Source: Deltaproteobacteria bacterium (lineage in GTDB: Bacteria > Desulfobacterota > Desulfarculia > Adiutricales > JAFDHD01). Taken from it: a stretch of DNA of 64,000 nucleotides. Shown here piece after piece: positions 8,996 through 18,410 of the stretch. The notes under the pieces are model-generated. The model worked only from the letters and a program-made list of their open reading frames with translations. It was not told the origin of the DNA and searched no databases. The DNA is taken from NCBI GenBank assembly GCA_019308995.1, contig JAFDHD010000002.1, positions 2,946 through 66,945 on the forward strand, written 5' to 3'. Each line of letters opens with the position of its first letter. Within the stretch, counting starts at the first letter, position 1. The position numbers and the translations under genes are program-made.

Positions 8996-10726
8996 ATGGA
9001 AGTGAAGACCTATCCTGAGTACAGTGTTAATTACCCGCTGCTTCTGACAACCTTCATGAAAAGACCGGTGAGCATGTATCCGGACGACATCGGCCTCGTT
9101 TATAGAAATCCTGACACCGGGCAGTATTTCCGATTTACCTGGCGCGAGTGGTACGAGCGCACCTGCCGTCTGGCCAATGTTTTGAGGGGTTCCTTCAAGG
9201 TCAAGCCGGGAAAGCCGAGAGAGCCGGGCGATCGCGTCGCCACCATGGCGCTCAACCACCATTACCACATGGAACTATATTATGCCGTGCCATGCTCCGG
9301 GTCTGTCCTGCATCCGATCAATATCAGGCTTTCCCTGGACCACATTTCCCACACCATCAATCATTCTGAAGACAAAGTTATTTTCTTCGACGATATCTTC
9401 CTGCCCATTGTTGAAGGAATATACGACCGGATAAAAGACACGGTCGAAAGATTCGTGTACATTTCAGACCGGCCGGGGCTGCCCAAGACCAAGATCGAGC
9501 CTCTTTATGAATACGAGGCCTTGATCAGGGATCAAGCGCCCGAGTTCGAATGGCCGCATCTGCATGAGGACACATACGCTACACTCTGTTACACCACCGG
9601 GACCACGGGGCTGCCCAAGGGCGTTATGTTCACGCACCGGCAGCTTTATCTGCTCACACTGCACGGGGGACACATATTAAACTTCAATACCGATCCTGAC
9701 GCCATCCACCTGGGCGAGAACGCGGTTCCCATGATCAACACGCCCCTGTTCCATATCCACGCCTGGGGGGCGCCTTTCAGAACCGTTTTTGCCGCCAATA
9801 AAATCGTGCTGCCTGGCCGGTTTACCATTGATGGCTTCCTCGAACTAGTGGAAAAAGAGAAGGTAACCAGCGCCGGGGTGGTGCCAACGGTCCTGGCCAT
9901 GCTCATTGAAAGCGGTCTGTTAGACAAACATGATTTGAGCAGTCTGCGGGCCCTTGGCGTTGGAGGCGGCGCCCTGCCATTAGGCTTGAAACTCAAGGCT
10001 GAAAAGATGATTCCAGGATTTTCCGCCGGGTCCGGTTATGGCATGACCGAAACCGCGCCGACCACTATCGTCGCTTTTGTGAAGCGGTTCATGTGGGACT
10101 GGCCCAAGGAAAAACTGGACGAGGTCAAGGTCAAGACCGGCCTCTCCCTGCCCGGTTTAGAGGTCCAGGTGGTTGATGAAAAAGGCAAGGAGGTGCCTCA
10201 GAACAACGAAACCATCGGTGAAATCGTGATCAGAGGACCCTGGGTCATGGAGCAGTATTATAAAGAGCCTGAAAGGACCGCTGAGGTCTGGTATGACGGC
10301 TGGTTTCACACCGGCGACGTTGCCAAGAAGGATGAATACGGCTACATCACCATCGTGGACAGGGTCTCGGATATGATTCGCAGCGGGGCGGAGATGGTGC
10401 CCACCGTGCTGCTCGAAAACCTGACCTCCACGGCCGACTTTGTCCTGGAAGCCACCTACGTCGGCATTCCAGACCCCATCTGGGGCCAAAGGCCCATGGG
10501 CATCGTCTCCCTGGTGCCCGGGGCCACCGAAAAGGAGGAGGACATTATCAAATGGCTCGATGCTGAAGGTGTGGAAAAAGGCAGGATAACTGCATGGATG
10601 CTGCCAGATTATATCCTCATCACCAACGAAATACCCAAAACCAGCGTGGGCAAGTTTGATAAAAAAGAGATCAAAAAGAACCTGGATCAGTTCCTGAGCC
10701 AGGCGAAGAAGATGAGAGAGGACTAA
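8996..10726 (+). CDS. AMP-dependent acyl-CoA synthetase / fatty-acid--CoA ligase
   Basis: LCYTTGTTGLPKGVMFTH (AMP-binding motif), GYGMTET, WFHTGD, KTSVGKFDKK. Start set at MEVKT (8996). Confidence 0.9.
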   Translation: MEVKTYPEYSVNYPLLLTTFMKRPVSMYPDDIGLVYRNPDTGQYFRFTWREWYERTCRLANVLRGSFKVKPGKPREPGDRVATMALNHHYHMELYYAVPCSGSVLHPINIRLSLDHISHTINHSEDKVIFFDDIFLPIVEGIYDRIKDTVERFVYISDRPGLPKTKIEPLYEYEALIRDQAPEFEWPHLHEDTYATLCYTTGTTGLPKGVMFTHRQLYLLTLHGGHILNFNTDPDAIHLGENAVPMINTPLFHIHAWGAPFRTVFAANKIVLPGRFTIDGFLELVEKEKVTSAGVVPTVLAMLIESGLLDKHDLSSLRALGVGGGALPLGLKLKAEKMIPGFSAGSGYGMTETAPTTIVAFVKRFMWDWPKEKLDEVKVKTGLSLPGLEVQVVDEKGKEVPQNNETIGEIVIRGPWVMEQYYKEPERTAEVWYDGWFHTGDVAKKDEYGYITIVDRVSDMIRSGAEMVPTVLLENLTSTADFVLEATYVGIPDPIWGQRPMGIVSLVPGATEKEEDIIKWLDAEGVEKGRITAWMLPDYILITNEIPKTSVGKFDKKEIKKNLDQFLSQAKKMRED

Positions 10727-10788
10727 ACGAGTTCCTTACCGATGATCAGCTTACATTTGATTTGAAATGCCATGAAGGAGATGTTGTT

Positions 10789-11619
10789 TTAATAGTAATC
10801 GGCCAAACTAAGGAGGTTGGGTTCCATCTCTTCGAGGATGTCTTGGAAATCGTCGGTCTTGAGGCCCAAGAGTTCCCAGGCCTCTTTGGACAGCGGCGGG
10901 ACATAGGGGTCTCCGCCGAAGCCGAAGCCGCGTGCCCGGATGATGATGTTGGCCAGATGCACAATGGCCGTCTGCTTCGGGGCGTGGCGCGCCTTTTCCG
11001 GCTGGTGGTGGTAACACATGGGTTCGGCCAGTGATTGAGGCAGTTTCCAGTGTTCGGCCAGCCACAGGCCCACCTGGGCGTGCGTGAACCCCAGGACCTC
11101 GTTTTCTGCCTCATAGCGGGATGTTTTTTTCTTCTGGACCAGGGCCACAATTTCGTCCCTGGCCTTGTCCTCGAGCTGGACGGACATGACCACCTTGCCT
11201 AAATCGTGGAGCAGGCCGGCCACAGAAACCTCCTCCTCTTCAGACTGACCGACCAGGTTAGCCAGCACCCTGGCCGTGGCCGCGCTGCCAATGGAATGCT
11301 CCCACAGGCCGACGATGCTCTTCTGCATCATCTCAAAAACCGAGGAAGTCAGGACCAGGCCTTTGATGACATCGAATCCAAGGATGACCAGGGCCTGCGT
11401 AACAGAGGAAATTTTGCGCGACATGCCGAAAAACGGGGAGTTGGCCATGCGCAGGATCTGGGCCGAAAGGACCTGGTCCTGAGAGATGACCTTGCCCACG
11501 TCGGCCGAGGATGTGGTCGGGCTTTCGACCATTTTGGAAATCTTGGCCACAATGGGCGGGATGGTCGGCAGGTTCTTGATCCGCTGGATGTTCCTTTTAA
11601 GTTCGGACCGTTCCATCAT
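10789..11619 (-). CDS. HDOD-domain signalling protein
   Basis: LPTIPPIVAKISKMVESPTTSSADVGKVISQDQVLSAQILRMANSPFFG followed by LLHDLGK. Confidence 0.85.
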   Translation of the reverse strand: MMERSELKRNIQRIKNLPTIPPIVAKISKMVESPTTSSADVGKVISQDQVLSAQILRMANSPFFGMSRKISSVTQALVILGFDVIKGLVLTSSVFEMMQKSIVGLWEHSIGSAATARVLANLVGQSEEEEVSVAGLLHDLGKVVMSVQLEDKARDEIVALVQKKKTSRYEAENEVLGFTHAQVGLWLAEHWKLPQSLAEPMCYHHQPEKARHAPKQTAIVHLANIIIRARGFGFGGDPYVPPLSKEAWELLGLKTDDFQDILEEMEPNLLSLADYY

Positions 11620-11936
11620 CCGGCCTCCTTGAGCCTTTTGAGCAGAACGCGTTTCAGTTCGGCCAGAACGGGATCGGACTCAACCTTGACGAAACGGTTC
11701 TGAAGTTCGGCCTCTTCTTTAGCCAGCCGCGCCGCCTGCTCCTCCGACGTCTCCGTGGCGCCAACCTCAATCTGAACCGTCTCATAGTTCAGGCGTTCCA
11801 GCATCTTCAGCAGGCTCCCGGTCAGTTCCGAGCCTTTCTGGCACAGGAGCACCCCGTCATCTCGAATGATTTGCTGCGCCAGGATCATGCCCGGCTGGGC
11901 CTTTTCAAGGGGAATCTTTTTTATCAAAGGGCTCAC
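11616..11936 (-). CDS. Hypothetical protein (resembles the N-terminal DUF3391-type module of HD-GYP proteins)
   Basis: IKKIPLEKAQPGMILAQQIIRDDGVLLCQKGSELT. A 4-bp ATGA overlap with the HDOD gene suggests translational coupling. Confidence 0.5.
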   Translation of the reverse strand: MSPLIKKIPLEKAQPGMILAQQIIRDDGVLLCQKGSELTGSLLKMLERLNYETVQIEVGATETSEEQAARLAKEEAELQNRFVKVESDPVLAELKRVLLKRLKEAG

Positions 11937-12278
11937 CTGCCTTCAATTTGAAGGTCGCCGAAAGCTTGAACGCCTTGTATGACAAACCAATGGTATCACA
12001 AATATCCAGCCCGGCGCAACAGGAAGCCGGAGGGAGCCTGTGTTGGTAAAGGCCAGAAAAGTCTTAGGGCTCTCACCAATAACCTGGCATATACTGGACG
12101 TATCAGTAATCTTCCAATCCGACTATTTCTTTCATCTCAGGTGTGTATCCAAAGACGATCTGGACATCGCCTGATATTCGGCAATAATTTTCTATTTTCT
12201 TGCGAGAAAAATTATTCAACTAATTCAACCATGTGCCGCTTTTATTGTGTTTGGCTGCAAACTGGATAGTGTTGTACA

Positions 12279-12737
12279 TCATCTAAAGTCTCTTTGACAT
12301 TGCCAATTCTCAGGTAATTTCCTGGATTTTATCTTTAGTGCCCAAACAAGATGTGCGAGAACTTTCTTAAACTCGCTTTCGGTAAGAATCGTCTTCATAT
12401 CATTTACAAGTCTCGTTTCGAGCACCAAATGAAAGTTCTCAGGGTTTTCTAAGTGATCGGCAGATGGGTAAAGGGGATCAGTTGCTTCGCGCTTTAAAGA
12501 AAGTGGTAACTTTGAAAAGTGGGCTCTGTTGTCAGGCATCTTGTTGAGGGAACATACAACAGCCTCACGCCAGCGAGGCACTGTATGTTTTTCAGGGCAT
12601 TCTGATTTCCTTTTGGCTCTTGCCGAAAAACTGGTCGCCCGATTATTCACCCAATCAGCCCATTTTTTTCGACCACCACAACTATTCACCCATCTGGGTA
12701 ATTTTTTTTCCACATCCGATTTTTTCACAACTACCAC
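12279..12737 (-). CDS. Hypothetical protein in an AT-rich island
   Basis: 152-aa ORF with no motif I recognise. It is basic and Trp-rich and sits in visibly AT-rich DNA. Confidence 0.35.
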   Translation of the reverse strand: MVVVKKSDVEKKLPRWVNSCGGRKKWADWVNNRATSFSARAKRKSECPEKHTVPRWREAVVCSLNKMPDNRAHFSKLPLSLKREATDPLYPSADHLENPENFHLVLETRLVNDMKTILTESEFKKVLAHLVWALKIKSRKLPENWQCQRDFR

Positions 12738-12927
12738 CCCTTATAACTTATGTTTACGGATTTAAGCTTACTTGCCAATTACTGTAATGTAATATTGATA
12801 AATTACAGCTTACAGAAACCAATCGAATTTTCAGCCTTTTATTAAAACCTATTCGTGAAAATAAAAAACTCCCTTTAAACTCAATGAAATCAAGCCTGGG
12901 CTATTACAAGTCAACTGTTTAACGTTA

Positions 12928-13206
12928 TTACTCTCGCTTAAACCTCTCCAGCTTCAAGGTTACAAGGTTATAGGTGTCTACGCATTGTAATTCAATCGTA
13001 TCGCCTTCCCACCAGGGGAGGCTGCCTCCGAATTGAAAGGTCTGAAGGCCGGGGAAGATGTCGTGATAAAAAAACCCGCACAAACCGCCGGGGTTGTAAC
13101 AGCTAATCTCGAACGTATCTCCTTCCTTGTGACCGGCGCTGCACTCACGTTTCACCCCTGTAACCGTGGCCACTACTCTGTAACCGATGCCTGGATCATC
13201 CGCCAT
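12928..13206 (-). CDS. TIGR04076-family small protein
   Basis: 92 aa. GHKEGDTFEISCYNPGGLCGFFYHDIFPGLQTFQFGGSLPWW matches my memory of this family. Confidence 0.6.
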   Translation of the reverse strand: MADDPGIGYRVVATVTGVKRECSAGHKEGDTFEISCYNPGGLCGFFYHDIFPGLQTFQFGGSLPWWEGDTIELQCVDTYNLVTLKLERFKRE

Positions 13207-13286
13207 TTTAACTGACCTCCTTCATTCATTTGGGGTTAGACTCTCTTTCTTTTCCATTCGTATATGAGCATGACCAGGGGCCTTGA

Positions 13287-14597
13287 TTAAGCCTGATCCG
13301 GCTCCTCCTCATCCGGGGACCTTTCTTCGGCCTGGTCTAGGTTAAAAAGCCGGCGGGTAAGTTCCAGGTAATCATCCTTCCGGTCGTGATGGCCGAAATG
13401 CTTGATGAACATGATCGGATCGTGAATAATTTTCTTAACCAGAGACTGGGTCATGACCTCCAGGGCCTTGATTTGATCTTCACTCAAAATATCAAGCTTG
13501 TTTATGGTGCGCTCAAGTTCAGCGCTTCGAATTTTTTCAGTCTTTTCCGTCAGCGCGATGATGGTGGGAGAAACGTCCAATGTCTCAAGCCAGTTCATGA
13601 GCTTGATCGTCTCCTCCTCCACGATGCGCTTGGCCCGGCCCGCCTCATGGGTTCGAGCGGACAGGTTTTCCTCGACAACACCCTTCAGATCGTCAATATC
13701 ATACAGGTAAACGTTGCCCAGGCTGTTCACCTCCGGGTCAATATCCCTGGGAACGGCGATATCCACAAAGAAGAGCGGCCGGTGTTTGCGGGCCTTGAGC
13801 ACGGACCGAACCATCTCTGCCGAGACAACCATTTCCGGCGCTCCGGTTGAAGAGACGACGATGTCCACCTTAACGAGCAAGGAGGGGATCTCCTCAAAAG
13901 CAACAGCCTGACCATTGAAGCGTTTCGCCAGGATCAAGGCTCTTTCCAGGGTGCGGTTGGCCACGATAATTTCCGAGGCCTTCTGATGGAGCAGGTGTTC
14001 CGCGGCCAGTTCCGCCATCTCGCCCGCGCCGATGAGCAGAATTTTTATCGCGGAGAGGTCCCCGAAAATCTTACGGGCCAGTTCCACAGCAGCGTAGCTG
14101 ACCGAGACGGCGTGGCTGGCAATACCCGTTTCGGTCCGGACGCGTTTGGCTACCGAGAAGGCCTTGTGCAGGAGTTTATTGAGGACAACCCCGGAGGCGT
14201 GGTTTTTCACGGCATCCCGGTAAGAGGCCTTAATCTGGCCCAGCACCTGGGGTTCGCCCACGACCATGGAATCGAGACTTGAGGCCACGCGAAAGAGATG
14301 GCTCACGGCTTCTTGAGCCTGGTAAACATAAAGGAGCTTCTCGAACTCGCTGGCCGGAATCCCATTCTGAGCGGCCAGGAAGGACTTGACCTCCTCCACG
14401 GCCTCCTCAGCAGGAGCGGAGGTGGTCAGGAGCACCTCCACCCGGTTGCAGGTCGAAAAACAGATGCCTTCATCCACACATTTCAGCCCTCTGAATTCCT
14501 GATAGAGCTGGGCCGGTTCGCAGTTGTCAAGGGCGATTTTTTCCCTGAGCTCAACTGGAGCACTCTGATGATTAAGGCCTAGGAGGATGATATTCAT
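13287..14597 (-). CDS. hemA: Glutamyl-tRNA reductase
   Basis: MNIILLGLNHQSAPVELREKIA...STCNRVEV...GAGEMAELAAEHL. Confidence 0.95.
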   Translation of the reverse strand: MNIILLGLNHQSAPVELREKIALDNCEPAQLYQEFRGLKCVDEGICFSTCNRVEVLLTTSAPAEEAVEEVKSFLAAQNGIPASEFEKLLYVYQAQEAVSHLFRVASSLDSMVVGEPQVLGQIKASYRDAVKNHASGVVLNKLLHKAFSVAKRVRTETGIASHAVSVSYAAVELARKIFGDLSAIKILLIGAGEMAELAAEHLLHQKASEIIVANRTLERALILAKRFNGQAVAFEEIPSLLVKVDIVVSSTGAPEMVVSAEMVRSVLKARKHRPLFFVDIAVPRDIDPEVNSLGNVYLYDIDDLKGVVEENLSARTHEAGRAKRIVEEETIKLMNWLETLDVSPTIIALTEKTEKIRSAELERTINKLDILSEDQIKALEVMTQSLVKKIIHDPIMFIKHFGHHDRKDDYLELTRRLFNLDQAEERSPDEEEPDQA

Positions 14598-15436
14598 TTC
14601 ATCTGTAGCCGTTTAAGGCTGTCAAAGCTGTGGTAGCCCGAAAAAAAATAGCTCACGCCTAAAAAAGTAAAACACAGGACCGAAAAACCGACGATGGACA
14701 GTAGGGCGGCCCGCCGGCCGCGCCAGCCGACCGTCAGGCGCTGGTGGAGCAAGGCGGCGTAAATGAGCCAGGTGATCAGGGACCAGACTTCCTTGGGGTC
14801 CCATCGCCAGTAGGTCCCCAGGGAGAGCTGCGCATATATGGCCCCGAAGATGATGCCCAGGGTTATCATGGGAAAGCCCATGCTCAGGCTGTAGTAGTTC
14901 AGGGTGTCCAGGGCATTGAGAGAAGGCAAGCGGCGGTAGAGTCCACCGGTAAGCTTGGCCTTAATCTGGTGTTCCTGCAGGAGATACATCACCCCGGCCA
15001 CAAAGGCCAGAGAGAAAAACCCATAACCGATAAAGATGGCGCCCAGATGCACGGTCAGCCAGACGCTCTGGAAAATCGGAACCACGGTCAGAGGCCTGGC
15101 CGGGATGAGCAGGGACAGGAGAATCATGGCGGCCGCCATCGGGGAGACAAAGGCGCCCAGGGCCGGGATGTCGAACTTGAAGGACAGGAGCAGATAAACC
15201 CCCACCAGGGCCCACCCATAGAAGCCCAGGGCTTCGGTCATATTCAGGATTGGCAGCTGCCCCAGATCGGCCGTGCGCAGGATAAGGGAGATGGATTGTA
15301 GAACGAAACCGAGGCGGATCATCCAGGCGGCCCCCTGCCCGGCCTGTTTGTTTTGCCGAAAGATAAAGACCAGGTAGCCGGCCGCACCCAAAATATATAG
15401 TAATATGGCCAGGTTGGCAAACAGAGCACCGATCAT
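14594..15436 (-). CDS. Cytochrome c assembly protein (CcsA/HemX-like membrane protein)
   Basis: Polytopic, with the Trp-rich motif WRWDPKEVWSLITWLIYAALLH. Overlaps hemA by 4 bp. Confidence 0.85.
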   Translation of the reverse strand: MIGALFANLAILLYILGAAGYLVFIFRQNKQAGQGAAWMIRLGFVLQSISLILRTADLGQLPILNMTEALGFYGWALVGVYLLLSFKFDIPALGAFVSPMAAAMILLSLLIPARPLTVVPIFQSVWLTVHLGAIFIGYGFFSLAFVAGVMYLLQEHQIKAKLTGGLYRRLPSLNALDTLNYYSLSMGFPMITLGIIFGAIYAQLSLGTYWRWDPKEVWSLITWLIYAALLHQRLTVGWRGRRAALLSIVGFSVLCFTFLGVSYFFSGYHSFDSLKRLQMK

Positions 15437-16113
15437 GAGCGTTTCTCTCCCGCGGCCTTAAAGCCCAGGGCGTTCAGTGTGTAGGCTGGTCCGAGGATCC
15501 TGACCACTGTTTCTTCAGCCCGGGCCAGGTTATTCTGGGCCAGGGCCTCGATCAGGTCTGAGTCCACCAGGCGCAGAAACAGTTCCCGGTTCTCTTCAGC
15601 CAGACGGCCTTCGGCTTGGACTTTAGTCCGGATTCGTCCCATAAGTTCAAGGAAACGCTCATACTCCGGACCAAATTCGTTTTCGAGCCGAGCTCGAATG
15701 CGGGCGGCCAAGGCCGGGCTGCGGCCGCTGGTGGAAACGCTGATAATCAAATCGCCTCGATAGATTGAGGCCGGGAGGGTAAAGCTGCACAGCTCAGGGT
15801 TATCAGCCACATTCACCCAGATTCCCTGCTCTTTGGCGTCACGGCTTACCTGTGTGTTGATCTCGGAATCATCAGCGCAGGCAAAGGCCAGGGCCACGCC
15901 CTCCAGATGTTTGCTTTGATATCTGCGGCCTAAAAGCTCGACCTGACCAGCCTCGATCAGGTCGCGCAGGCCCTGAGTCAGCTCCGTACTTACCAGGCGC
16001 ACTCTAGCGCCGCTCCGCAGAAGACCCTGGACCTTGCGCTGGCCCACCTCACCCCCGCCTACAACCAGACAGGGCCGGGCCTGCACGTCGAGGTTGATCG
16101 GAAGATATTTCAA
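15433..16113 (-). CDS. Precorrin-2 dehydrogenase / sirohydrochlorin ferrochelatase (SirC/CysG-N type)
   Basis: LPINLDVQARPCLVVGGGEVGQRKVQGLLRSGARVRLVS Rossmann start. Overlaps the ccsA-like gene. Confidence 0.85.
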   Translation of the reverse strand: MKYLPINLDVQARPCLVVGGGEVGQRKVQGLLRSGARVRLVSTELTQGLRDLIEAGQVELLGRRYQSKHLEGVALAFACADDSEINTQVSRDAKEQGIWVNVADNPELCSFTLPASIYRGDLIISVSTSGRSPALAARIRARLENEFGPEYERFLELMGRIRTKVQAEGRLAEENRELFLRLVDSDLIEALAQNNLARAEETVVRILGPAYTLNALGFKAAGEKRS

Positions 16114-16168
16114 CTTGCTTCACCAGCTGTTTGATTATAAAGTACAAACATACCAATCAAGCAGAAAA

Positions 16169-16360
16169 TTAACAACTTTTTTGTCCCTGTTTCTTAAGCC
16201 CCAGACCGGTCTTGGGGTCAACTTCATTAAAGACCCCAGCCGGTTTAAGCAGGCCATGAACCTCATCCAGGAAGGAGCTGATCTCTGTGGTGGGAAACCC
16301 CAACTTGTTCGCCAGTCTGGCCGGACTGATTTCAACCAAAATTTCAGGCAGTTGTATCAT
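16169..16360 (-). CDS. Small hypothetical protein (63 aa)
   Basis: The ORF lies upstream of the siroheme/heme genes on the same strand. No recognised motif. Confidence 0.3.
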   Translation of the reverse strand: MIQLPEILVEISPARLANKLGFPTTEISSFLDEVHGLLKPAGVFNEVDPKTGLGLKKQGQKSC

Positions 16361-16410
16361 GCGGGGCTGTCAAAGTATCGGCTGATACGACCTGACCTTA
16401 TTCTTTTGAT

Positions 16411-16623
16411 CTACCCATCAAGCTCGACCCCGCACCAAGGACAGAACTTAAACTCCGTATTGATCAAGGCCTCTCTGCAGTTTGAACATTGAATATGTAG
16501 CTCCTCGGCACAGATGGGGCAGTAAACAAACTTGGCGGTATATTTTGAAAACTCCTCTGGAAGCTCCTTCCAGAACTCCTGGCACTGTGTATCCAAACAT
16601 GTTTTTTCTACCTTGGCTTTCAC
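16411..16623 (-). CDS. Zinc-ribbon protein (70 aa)
   Basis: CPICAEEL...CSNCREAL...CPWCG gives three CxxC pairs. Confidence 0.45.
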   Translation of the reverse strand: MKAKVEKTCLDTQCQEFWKELPEEFSKYTAKFVYCPICAEELHIQCSNCREALINTEFKFCPWCGVELDG

Positions 16624-16950
16624 AAATAAAACCTCTCTTATTTCGTTAGGTTAATCGTTCCGCGATTTTATATTCGCAGCTAAAAAAATATATCAGAGGG
16701 AGGGCTTGAAAGCAAGGGAAGCCCATAAGTTCCTCAAAATCTGACCGATCAAAGATAAAGACCTGGCTTTGTCTGGCATCAGATCGCTCAAGTCTGGGAC
16801 GTCTGGTTGACGATTGGCTTGAAAACTGATATGAAATTATCATCAGTACAACAATATAACCCAAGACTATTTTTGAGTTTTAATCATGATAATATTCACG
16901 CGTTTGAGATATGGCCGAATTCATAAAAAAAATAGCATGAGGGGGAGGCC

Positions 16951-18336
16951 ATGACCAATTTTTCGCAGCAATGCACCAATCTAACCACCTTTTATCAACT
17001 TTCCCCCAGAACAGAGCTCCGCCAGCAGCTACTGAGCCATTCCAAGTGGAAGAAGCCGGTCCTGATCATACCCGCACTGGTCTCTGAGTTTAATATGCTA
17101 GAAAATCGCCCGGTTTTTGAGAATATTATTCATGAGCTGAGGCGTGCTCGCTACCTAGCCAAAATAATCATCGGGGTTGACCAGGCCACTCAGGACGACA
17201 TCCAGTTGCTCCGGGAGATTCTGACCGTTCAAGGGCTGCGGAATTTCTTTATTCAATGGAACGACGGCCCTGGATTTTCCTCCATTTACAATCAGTTAGA
17301 ACGGGATGGCCTGGATCTGTCCGCTCGAGGCAAAGGCCGGAATCTCTTTTTGTCTTTTGGCGTGGCTTTGGCCCTGGGGGCCACCTCGGTTGGTATCCTG
17401 GACGCGGATATCAAGACCTTCAAAAAGGTTCAACTTGACAGGCTGTTCTACCCGGTTTTGGTCCTCAACTATGAATTTTCCAAGGCGTTTTATGCCCGGT
17501 GGGATGGAAGGCGGATGTACGGCCGGGTCAAGAGGCTTTTACTTGACCCGCTGCTCCTGGCCCTTAAGCGCAAATTCACCGAAAGCCATGAAGAGAAGAT
17601 GATCCGGCTCATTGATTTTCTTCTTTCGTTCAATTACCAGCTTTCCGGTGAGGTCGTCATGGACATTGACCTCATCAAGCGTTTTCGCTATGCCTCTCAC
17701 TGGGGCATCGAGATATTTACCTTGATCGAGGCCTGGCGCAAGGCCAGTCAGGTCGCCCAGGTAGAATTTACCAACGAACCCTTTGAGCACAAACATCAAG
17801 AAATCTCAAAGGACGATCCATCAAAGGGCCTCCATAAAATGGCGGTTGATATTGTAACCACGCTTTTCAAGGCCCTGATTATCGAGGAAGGGCTGGAGGT
17901 TTCGGATCATTTCTTCCGGGACCTGACCGTGACCTACAGTTCCATTGCCGAGGACCTGATCAAGAAGTATTCAGACAACGCCCGTTTTAACGGTTTAGAT
18001 TACGACCGTGATACTGAAGAGGAAACCGTGCATGAGGTTTTTGCCAAGGCTGTGCTTTATGCCGGCTCCATCCTGGAATCACCCCAGCATATCGCAGAAA
18101 GCATCATCCGTTTCGTCTCGACTCATGAGGAGTTTAAAGTTTATAACGATCAAGGGCTCATCGGAACCGTGGCCCAGGTCGAGGAACGGCTGATGAAGGA
18201 CGTTACCCCTGACAGTGAACTTCCCTCCTGGGAGCGGGTTCAGGAGAAAGACCCGGAGATCATGCGATCTATCATTGATGTGATCGAAGTGGAAAAGGCG
18301 AAATACGGCCCGCTGCTTGCTTCGAATAAGGCTTGA
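16951..18336 (+). CDS. Glycosyltransferase, glucosyl-3-phosphoglycerate-synthase-like
   Basis: GKGRNLFLSFGVALALGATSVGILDADIKTF...KAFYARW...GRVKRLLLDPLL resembles the GpgS/GT81 pattern (KG..LW, DADI, KAFY.R, GRVTEL). GAGGGGGAGG RBS. Confidence 0.5.
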   Translation: MTNFSQQCTNLTTFYQLSPRTELRQQLLSHSKWKKPVLIIPALVSEFNMLENRPVFENIIHELRRARYLAKIIIGVDQATQDDIQLLREILTVQGLRNFFIQWNDGPGFSSIYNQLERDGLDLSARGKGRNLFLSFGVALALGATSVGILDADIKTFKKVQLDRLFYPVLVLNYEFSKAFYARWDGRRMYGRVKRLLLDPLLLALKRKFTESHEEKMIRLIDFLLSFNYQLSGEVVMDIDLIKRFRYASHWGIEIFTLIEAWRKASQVAQVEFTNEPFEHKHQEISKDDPSKGLHKMAVDIVTTLFKALIIEEGLEVSDHFFRDLTVTYSSIAEDLIKKYSDNARFNGLDYDRDTEEETVHEVFAKAVLYAGSILESPQHIAESIIRFVSTHEEFKVYNDQGLIGTVAQVEERLMKDVTPDSELPSWERVQEKDPEIMRSIIDVIEVEKAKYGPLLASNKA

Positions 18337-18410
18337 ACGAACAAGCGGCCTTTCTTCCTCTCAGCTTCCCCGGTGAGTCACCGCGGCAGGGCCAATGTGA
18401 AACGAACCTG

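Noticed and set aside
12279-12737. The idea that the orphan 152-aa ORF is a REP-associated tyrosine transposase (RAYT), given the REP-like elements in the window.
   Set aside because: Only a vague ENFHLVLE resemblance to the HUH-family region. No clear HUH or catalytic Tyr motifs, and no flanking REP units.
16760-16790. Possible sigma-54 element TGGCAT-N5-CGCT upstream of the glycosyltransferase gene. I also looked at 51440..51470.
   Set aside because: The spacing between the GG and GC dinucleotides is off by one or more bases relative to the consensus. Unlike the exact match at 1304..1318, these are not convincing.
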